This document shows, one piece after another, positions 26,565-32,000 of a stretch of DNA of 32,000 bases (within the stretch, counting starts at the first letter, position 1; every line of letters starts with the position of its first letter). This DNA comes from Candidatus Lokiarchaeum ossiferum (GTDB lineage Archaea > Asgardarchaeota > Lokiarchaeia > Sigyniarchaeales > Promethearchaeaceae). The stretch lies in assembly GCA_025839675.1 (NCBI GenBank), contig CP104013.1:2820001-2852000 (forward strand), given 5' to 3'. Under the pieces are notes generated by a model. The model was not told the origin of the DNA, did not search any database, and worked only from the letters and a program-made list of their open reading frames with translations. Position numbers and translations under genes: made by a program.

Positions 26565-27611
26565 TTAAATTTGCAAATCACGAAGAATTTTGGCATTTTG
26601 TTCCGGAAGGGCATCACTAATAAACGTATTGGCACCTAATTCCACCCCAGCGAGAAACTTCCATTTATCTTTGCCCCGAAAAGGGGTGTAAAACTCAATA
26701 TGGAAATGCCATCGGTCACGATCATCAACATTAACAGGAGCATTATACATGGCCATCACATAAGGCATTATACCACCATCACCAAACAATGTATCGTATC
26801 TTCGAACTACATTCTGCATAATGACCGCTAAATTGGATCGTTCAGATGGTGACAAGTCAGCAATAGATGTTACATGACGTTTGGCAGTGATTTGTACTTC
26901 AAACGCCCAATGAGCGTAGAAAGGAATTTCGGCAATGAAATCTTCATTTTGTTCGATAATGCGGGAAGAATCCTGCAATTCTTCTTGCAAAATATCGCAC
27001 ATTAAGCATGATTGGTTGGTTGAATAATAATCTTTGAAGGCGATAAATTTTCGCTCCATTTTAGGGGGAAGGTAGGGGAACGAATAGATTTGCCCATGGG
27101 GATGAGTCATGGAATTACCGATTTCTTTCCCTCGATTTTCCATAATAAATGGATACCGCATTTCGGGCATATTTTGGAGAGCAATATAGCGTTCTGCCCA
27201 CAGATCAATCAGGGCAACAATATTGGCCATAGCCAAAGTGCCAAAAGATGTATCATGATCTTGGGAATAAAGAATTACCTCACATTTGCCATAATTTGAT
27301 GCGGTTTGATAGTTATATAAATTTCCAACAGATTTCTGTACAAATTCAGGAGCGATCTCATTTAAAGATGCAAATCGATTGGGTAATTGTTTCACGGTCC
27401 AAATTCCAGCCCCTTCAGGAGCATCGGGACAAAATGGACAGGTCCAAGTTTTTTTTGGTTCATTTTTTGCAAATTCTTTCCCCTGAAATGGGCGCTTACT
27501 ACGAGCAGGTGCATAAATCACCCATTCTTTTAAGAAAGGATCCCAACGCTGTTGAGGAGAAGGGGCAGAATTTTCATTCGTTTTTTCCATATTATTTTCA
27601 TGAAATTTCAA
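26565..27611 (-). CDS. galT: Galactose-1-phosphate uridylyltransferase family (HIT-like nucleotidyltransferase)
   Basis: RWDPFLKEWVIYAPARSKRPFQG, CPFCP zinc site, active-site HPHGQIY, and WHFHIEFYTP, collinear with E. coli GalT. Confidence 0.9.
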   Translation of the reverse strand: MKFHENNMEKTNENSAPSPQQRWDPFLKEWVIYAPARSKRPFQGKEFAKNEPKKTWTCPFCPDAPEGAGIWTVKQLPNRFASLNEIAPEFVQKSVGNLYNYQTASNYGKCEVILYSQDHDTSFGTLAMANIVALIDLWAERYIALQNMPEMRYPFIMENRGKEIGNSMTHPHGQIYSFPYLPPKMERKFIAFKDYYSTNQSCLMCDILQEELQDSSRIIEQNEDFIAEIPFYAHWAFEVQITAKRHVTSIADLSPSERSNLAVIMQNVVRRYDTLFGDGGIMPYVMAMYNAPVNVDDRDRWHFHIEFYTPFRGKDKWKFLAGVELGANTFISDALPEQNAKILRDLQI

Positions 27612-27736
27612 GAATCCATTTAATTTATTGTTAATTTTTCTTTTTTTCTGAAAAACATCTTGAGGGAGATATACGACGATATGATCCCAATATCAAGTGT
27701 GTTGATTATCACTTATTCCAATATGATCATCATACG

Positions 27737-28924
27737 ATGATCTTCGATTTTATTGTACTCAAAAATGGATTACCTATTGTCACCATTAATCTTCATCCGA
27801 ACCGAGGAGTTTGCCAAGATAATCAAAAATTCACATTAGTTTCGGGTTTCTTCCAAGCAATAACCTCCTTCGCCGATTCAATCGAAAGTTTAGGCACGGT
27901 GAATGAATTACAAATGACAGACATAATGTTCTCCTTCCAACGCAAGATCATAGGTGAAAAAGAAGAAATCTTATTTATTCTGAGTTCGACAAATGATGTG
28001 TCTAAACCACTCCGAAAGGTAATTATTGAAGAATCTTCTTCAACATTTTTGCATATGTTCCGTCAAAATCTCACTAAAAAATGGAACGGCAATGTTACGC
28101 CTTTTAAAACATATGAACCCGTGTTTAAAGAAATATTAGAAGCAATTATGAACTTAGAAAAAACTCAATTCGAGGAACCAGATCTATCTGGTGAGACTCG
28201 AATCATTTCAAAAGAAAAACTCTCACAATTATATCACAATTTACCTATAGAGCCAATAGTGCCATCAGTTTTGGTGAATAAGACAAAAACCACTACAATC
28301 CCTACAGTTTCTAATCGATTCCAACGATATCAAACTTTACAACAGATACAAACTCAATCCAATCAAGCCCATAATATTTATTCCAGTTATCTTACCTCGA
28401 AGCCAAAACAAAAATTTGTCGGCACTTTCCACCCTTCCAGAAGAGAGCCTGTGCCCTCAAGTTCCGATGCACCAAAACAGATTCAACCAATGGTCAGTTT
28501 AGTTGCTCCAACGATTGATTCTGGAATAATAGGTCAAAATTTGGGTGGAAGCTCAATTTCTACAATCCCAGCAGTTCCAGCCAGAAGACAGATCACTCAA
28601 GAAGAATTTTTGAAACCAGCTAATTATATGTCTTATATCCAGCCGCAAATTCAATCCGAAGCCATGTATATGAATCGTGAAGATACTCCAAATGCAAATC
28701 TTTTGCATACTTCTATATTTGATTTAACTCCCACCAAGTTACGAATCACCGCAGGAACTTTTAGGGATCAAAGTACCGAAGAATGGATGAAAATTCTCAT
28801 CGTGGCCATTGATGGACGAAAATCCATTTCTCAATTGGCTCAACAATTGGATGCTGCCCCGATGGATATTTTACAAGCCTGTCAAATTTTAGTCAAAAAA
28901 AATCTCATCCAATTTAAAAAATAA
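27737..28924 (+). CDS. Roadblock/longin-like N-terminal domain, Q/S/P-rich low-complexity linker, C-terminal wHTH-like domain
   Basis: KNGLPIVTINL...FTLVSGFFQAITSFADSIESLGTVNELQMTD...ILFILSS fits the Roadblock/LC7 pattern. About 150 aa of low complexity follow. The C-terminus reads WMKILIVAIDGRKSISQLAQQLDAAPMDILQACQILVKKNLIQF. Confidence 0.45.
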   Translation: MIFDFIVLKNGLPIVTINLHPNRGVCQDNQKFTLVSGFFQAITSFADSIESLGTVNELQMTDIMFSFQRKIIGEKEEILFILSSTNDVSKPLRKVIIEESSSTFLHMFRQNLTKKWNGNVTPFKTYEPVFKEILEAIMNLEKTQFEEPDLSGETRIISKEKLSQLYHNLPIEPIVPSVLVNKTKTTTIPTVSNRFQRYQTLQQIQTQSNQAHNIYSSYLTSKPKQKFVGTFHPSRREPVPSSSDAPKQIQPMVSLVAPTIDSGIIGQNLGGSSISTIPAVPARRQITQEEFLKPANYMSYIQPQIQSEAMYMNREDTPNANLLHTSIFDLTPTKLRITAGTFRDQSTEEWMKILIVAIDGRKSISQLAQQLDAAPMDILQACQILVKKNLIQFKK

Positions 28925-28939
28925 TTTCAAAGTCATAGG

Positions 28940-30370
28940 TTAGTTTTTTTTCTCATTATCTTTTGAATCAATTTCTTTGAACATCTTTTCCATGCAATCT
29001 GGACATAATCCATGCGTGAATTCAACATCACTATGATCATGAAGATAACGTTCAATTTGGACATAATATCCTTCATCATCCCGAATTTTTTTACAGCTTG
29101 CACAAATGGGTAACAATCCTTGCAAGGTTTTCTTTTCTTGCTCCGCAAGTTTCCGTTCGGTGATATCTTCAAAAATGATTTGTAGAACAGGCTCTTTATA
29201 TTGGATGATTGGAATGGTTATTTGTTTCACCCACTTAACTTCATTATCAGAACAAAGATATCGAAGTTCATAAAAATTATGAGGGATTTTATCCAAATTT
29301 TGAAAATCATAGTATTTTTTAACTTGGGGTAAATCTTGAGGGTGAATATGTGAAAAGAGGGTTTCTATATCCCACAAGTTTTGATTTTTTAGAGTCATTT
29401 TCATACATTTCTTCATTAAAGCATTAATATAAATAATTCGATTTCCTTTGATCAAATACATGGCCAGAAATTCTTCTTCGACTAATTTTTTGAAATTAAA
29501 CATCCCAATTTTATTATAGTCATCGTCAATTTTAGGACTAACATCGATCGGTTTCTGAAAACCAAAATAAATGAAAATCGGGGAAAGTGTCCAAATGAAA
29601 TGGCCTAGATAAGTAAAAAAAAACCGATTGGAAGTCCCGTGGAATAGTAAGGGAACCGCCCCTTCTAAAATTCCAAGAAAAAGCCAATATAAATTTCCAA
29701 TTCCCATTATCAGCACACCCAAGATTAATGCGAGAATATGGTGTTTCATTTTATTAGAAGACTGAGCAAGAATTTCTTTCCTCAAGCTTGAGATTAATAA
29801 TACAACGCCCCCAAAATAAATACAAATAAATAAGCCAATAACAAATCCCCCCAATCCTTGATATTCAGCATTAACTATGGGCAATCCATCAAGAATTTCA
29901 ACTTTAATTTGGTCAAAGGCAAGAACTATGAGGGAAATAACTAATACTGTCATGCGAACGACCCAATTTCGGAAAATTTTGGATGCTTGTGCTTCCCCAA
30001 GAAGAATTGTCAGAGAAGCAAAGAAATACGACCATAACTGAATTAAAGCACCAGTAAATGCAATATCCCGTATCAAATTGACAAGGGTGAGCGAGAGATA
30101 ATTTGAAAGATATCCTTTATAAATTCCATCAGGAGCCAAGCTCATACTCACGGGAGCGAACAAAAAAATGAATATATCAAGAAAAATATAAATAAACCAT
30201 CCAATTAATCCGATGAAAAAGAGGCGTTCTACTAATGGACGGTCGTTCCAATTGTGTTCAGAGTATTTTTTATACGCCAAAATAATATTGAGGAAAAATA
30301 ACGATGATTCAATCGCCTTCGGGATGATTAGTATTAATTGTAAGTATTCGAAATAAATAAGGGTCACCAT
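28940..30370 (-). CDS. Membrane sensor: about 7-8 TM helices, PAS domain, C-terminal Cys-rich LPICASCKKIRDD module
   Basis: Hydrophobic N-terminal 280 aa. The PAS domain ends in IIFEDITERKLAEQEK. Then LLPICASCKKIRDDEGYYVQIERYLHDHSDVEFTHGLCPDCMEKMF. No HisKA/HATPase, GGDEF or HTH domain is visible. Confidence 0.75.
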   Translation of the reverse strand: MVTLIYFEYLQLILIIPKAIESSLFFLNIILAYKKYSEHNWNDRPLVERLFFIGLIGWFIYIFLDIFIFLFAPVSMSLAPDGIYKGYLSNYLSLTLVNLIRDIAFTGALIQLWSYFFASLTILLGEAQASKIFRNWVVRMTVLVISLIVLAFDQIKVEILDGLPIVNAEYQGLGGFVIGLFICIYFGGVVLLISSLRKEILAQSSNKMKHHILALILGVLIMGIGNLYWLFLGILEGAVPLLFHGTSNRFFFTYLGHFIWTLSPIFIYFGFQKPIDVSPKIDDDYNKIGMFNFKKLVEEEFLAMYLIKGNRIIYINALMKKCMKMTLKNQNLWDIETLFSHIHPQDLPQVKKYYDFQNLDKIPHNFYELRYLCSDNEVKWVKQITIPIIQYKEPVLQIIFEDITERKLAEQEKKTLQGLLPICASCKKIRDDEGYYVQIERYLHDHSDVEFTHGLCPDCMEKMFKEIDSKDNEKKN

Positions 30371-30431
30371 TATTATTGTAATTCCTTTTGTTCACGTGAC
30401 TTTAAAAAATAATGGGATAATTCACCCATGG

Positions 30432-31628
30432 TTAAAAATCTATCATTGTTCCTTCGAATGCATATTCAAGCAACTTTTGAATTTCATCATCGGATGCATC
30501 CCGTGGGCTCATAGTAATGCTGGCACTCTCATTCGTAAGATCTACCAGTCGACCCATTTGTGAATCAAGTTGTTCACGCGTAATCCCACATTCACTTAAT
30601 TTAGTAGGAAAATTTAATTGTTTTTGGAGAGAAACAATATACTCAATTAATTTATGAGCTGCTTGCTTATTATCATCATTCCATTGGGCAATTCCAGTCT
30701 TTTTTGCTGCGATACCTAAAATTATTGTTGCACTATCATCGTCGGAATTGTTTAGGTAAAACTGAAGAATATAGGGGAGAACAACACCCACGCTAATTCC
30801 ATGAGTTATATGAAACACTGCACCCAATGAATGTCCTAAGGAGTGTCCAATGGTGACTTGGGAATTTCCAAAACCTAAACCCGCAATCGTTGCTGCATTC
30901 GCCATCTTTTCCCGAGCAAGTTGATTTTTTCCATCTTCAACAACCAATGGGAGATATTGCTTAACAAGACTAATTGCATGTAAACACATCCCATCGGCAA
31001 GATCATTTTTCCATTCTGAAACCAAACCTTCGCAAGAATGGGCTAAGGCATCAAATCCAGTGGCAACAGTTAGAGATTGCGGTAAGTTGGTTGTAAAAAT
31101 TGGATCCACAATCGCATAGGTGGGTAACACATCAAAATGTGCTTGCTCCAATTTTGATTGCAAGCCATCTTCATCGGTGCGTGTCACAATGACGGCCCAA
31201 GTTGCTTCTGCGCCTGTTCCAGAAGTGGTCGGAATCGCAACGCACTTGGCTTTGATTCCCATATGTAAATCTTCAAAGGGATTTAAATCATCGATTCCAA
31301 AATCATCATGTTCATAGAGAAACCAAACTGCTTTGGCTGCATCCAAGGAAGAACCCCCACCAAGACCAATGATTAAGTCAGGTTCAAATTTTGCACATAA
31401 CTCTTTTGCTTTAAGAATAGTGTCTTCATGAGGATCTGGTTCCACTCCATCAAATATTTCCCAGGATTTCTCAAATTCTTGCAATTTATCGGTTAAAATT
31501 TTAACAATCCCCAATTTAACCAATATTTTATCTGTTACAATAAAACACTTTTGACCTTTAATACTTTCAAACTGATCAAGAGCATCTTCACCGAAGTAAA
31601 CTGTTTTTGGACTAACAAATGTAGGCAT
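30432..31628 (-). CDS. Iron-containing (group III) alcohol dehydrogenase
   Basis: GLGGGSSLDAAKAVW, the DALAHSCEG and GHSLGHSLGAVFHITHG metal-His motifs. I trimmed the start to ATG 31628 (MPTFVSPKTVYFGEDAL). The 29 extra track codons overlap the upstream gene. Confidence 0.9.
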   Translation of the reverse strand: MPTFVSPKTVYFGEDALDQFESIKGQKCFIVTDKILVKLGIVKILTDKLQEFEKSWEIFDGVEPDPHEDTILKAKELCAKFEPDLIIGLGGGSSLDAAKAVWFLYEHDDFGIDDLNPFEDLHMGIKAKCVAIPTTSGTGAEATWAVIVTRTDEDGLQSKLEQAHFDVLPTYAIVDPIFTTNLPQSLTVATGFDALAHSCEGLVSEWKNDLADGMCLHAISLVKQYLPLVVEDGKNQLAREKMANAATIAGLGFGNSQVTIGHSLGHSLGAVFHITHGISVGVVLPYILQFYLNNSDDDSATIILGIAAKKTGIAQWNDDNKQAAHKLIEYIVSLQKQLNFPTKLSECGITREQLDSQMGRLVDLTNESASITMSPRDASDDEIQKLLEYAFEGTMIDF

Positions 31629-31686
31629 TTTTTTACACCAACTAAAGGATAGATAATCAAAAAAAAAGAGGTTCCAAGAATTTAAG

Positions 31687-32000
31687 TTAAAATTTTTCGG
31701 TATCAACCATTCCAATCGTTTTAACGAGGTTTTTTGCGGCTTTCACAGCCCGCATTACCTTTTTCATGTCCCCTTTTAATTTAAACTTCTTTGACATCAA
31801 TCCTTTGATAGGATCAAGTTTTCCATCGATTAATTTCGACCAATTTTCCCATTTTCCAGAAAACACAAAGGCAGCATCGACTTCTTCACCCTCAGGAATT
31901 GTTCGCATACTTCGTGCCTTTCCATGCCACAGATCTGCATAAAAGCGAATTTCATGATCTAAATTTCCTTCTGGTTGGACAATGAAGACAAAATCGCCTT
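31687..32000 (-). CDS. SCP2 sterol-carrier-like domain protein, 5'-partial (runs off the window)
   Basis: C-terminal DPIKGLMSKKFKLKGDMKKVMRAVKAAKNL fits the SCP2 pattern. The frame stays open upstream of the track Met (...GDFVFIVQPEGNLDHEIRFYADLWHGKARS-M...) to position 32000. Confidence 0.7.
   Translation of the reverse strand, partial: GDFVFIVQPEGNLDHEIRFYADLWHGKARSMRTIPEGEEVDAAFVFSGKWENWSKLIDGKLDPIKGLMSKKFKLKGDMKKVMRAVKAAKNLVKTIGMVDTEKF

Noticed and set aside
2093-31317. Many 60-140-aa ORFs in the track that lie antisense to, or out of frame within, larger genes. Examples: 2093-2389, 2347-2634, 3107-3310, 3194-3532, 4548-4748, 6387-6698, 9497-9763, 11540-11851, 15542-15766, 19724-20065, 20355-20800, 21089-21642, 22690-22947, 23123-24905, 27090-27634, 28933-29172, 31120-31317.
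   Set aside because: Each is fully or largely nested in a longer ORF that has recognisable domains. Their sequences are low-complexity or mirror the codon bias of the opposite strand, for example poly-Val opposite poly-Thr at 2347-2634. They have no motifs and no independent start context.
31629-31715. N-terminal 29-codon extension of the Fe-ADH ORF (MEWLIPKNFNLNSWNLFFFDYLSFSWCKK).
   Set aside because: It overlaps the 3' end of the SCP2 gene and is aromatic-rich with no match to Fe-ADH N-termini. The internal ATG at 31628 gives the canonical MPTFVSPKTVYFG start of this family.
1-32000. Search by eye for tRNA, rRNA, RNase P or SRP RNA signatures, IS terminal inverted repeats, transposase or integrase genes, and cas genes.
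   Set aside because: None was recognised. A covariance-model scan (tRNAscan-SE, Rfam) is still needed, because eye inspection of 32 kb cannot exclude small RNAs.

Overview
AT-rich, gene-dense chromosomal window (about one-third G+C by eye). I support about 27 protein genes, plus several gene remnants, oligo-T terminators and a few candidate regulatory sites. I found no rRNA, tRNA, CRISPR array, transposase or intact mobile element. Several traits point to an archaeon: oligo-T tracts directly after stop codons, AT-rich TATA-like boxes about 25-30 bp upstream of start codons, sequon-rich surface proteins with a poly-Thr stalk and a PGF-CTERM-like tail, a ubiquitin-like gene, and a Roadblock/longin-like protein. 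The content is reminiscent of Asgard/Lokiarchaeia, but that is inference, not proof. The window holds four kinds of content. (1) Surface and membrane proteins: a 5'-partial repeat protein, a beta-helix membrane protein, and a 736-aa secreted protein. (2) Scattered bacterial-type acyl-CoA and alcohol metabolism genes: crotonase, thiolase, Fe-ADH, SCP2. (3) Two GNATs, an MFS transporter with a divergent wHTH regulator, GalT, and an APH-fold kinase. (4) An accessory-looking stretch (7.7-20.7 kb). This stretch holds juxtaposed gene fragments, a back-to-back pair of nuclease-less N6-adenine DNA methyltransferases separated by 33 bp, a 1.1-kb ORF-poor region with broken reading frames, a C/A-skewed segment with a repeated A10-ATGAGGTGAC element, and a cluster of small uncharacterised genes. 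The most interesting single loci are a stand-alone ubiquitin-like gene ending in GG-Y, a multi-TM/PAS sensor ending in a Cys-rich LPICASCKKIRDD module instead of a kinase, the methyltransferase pair with its interleaved promoters, and a Roadblock-like/disordered/wHTH protein. I cannot show that any of these is a complete new multi-gene system. All functional calls rest on motif recognition by eye and need profile or structure searches.
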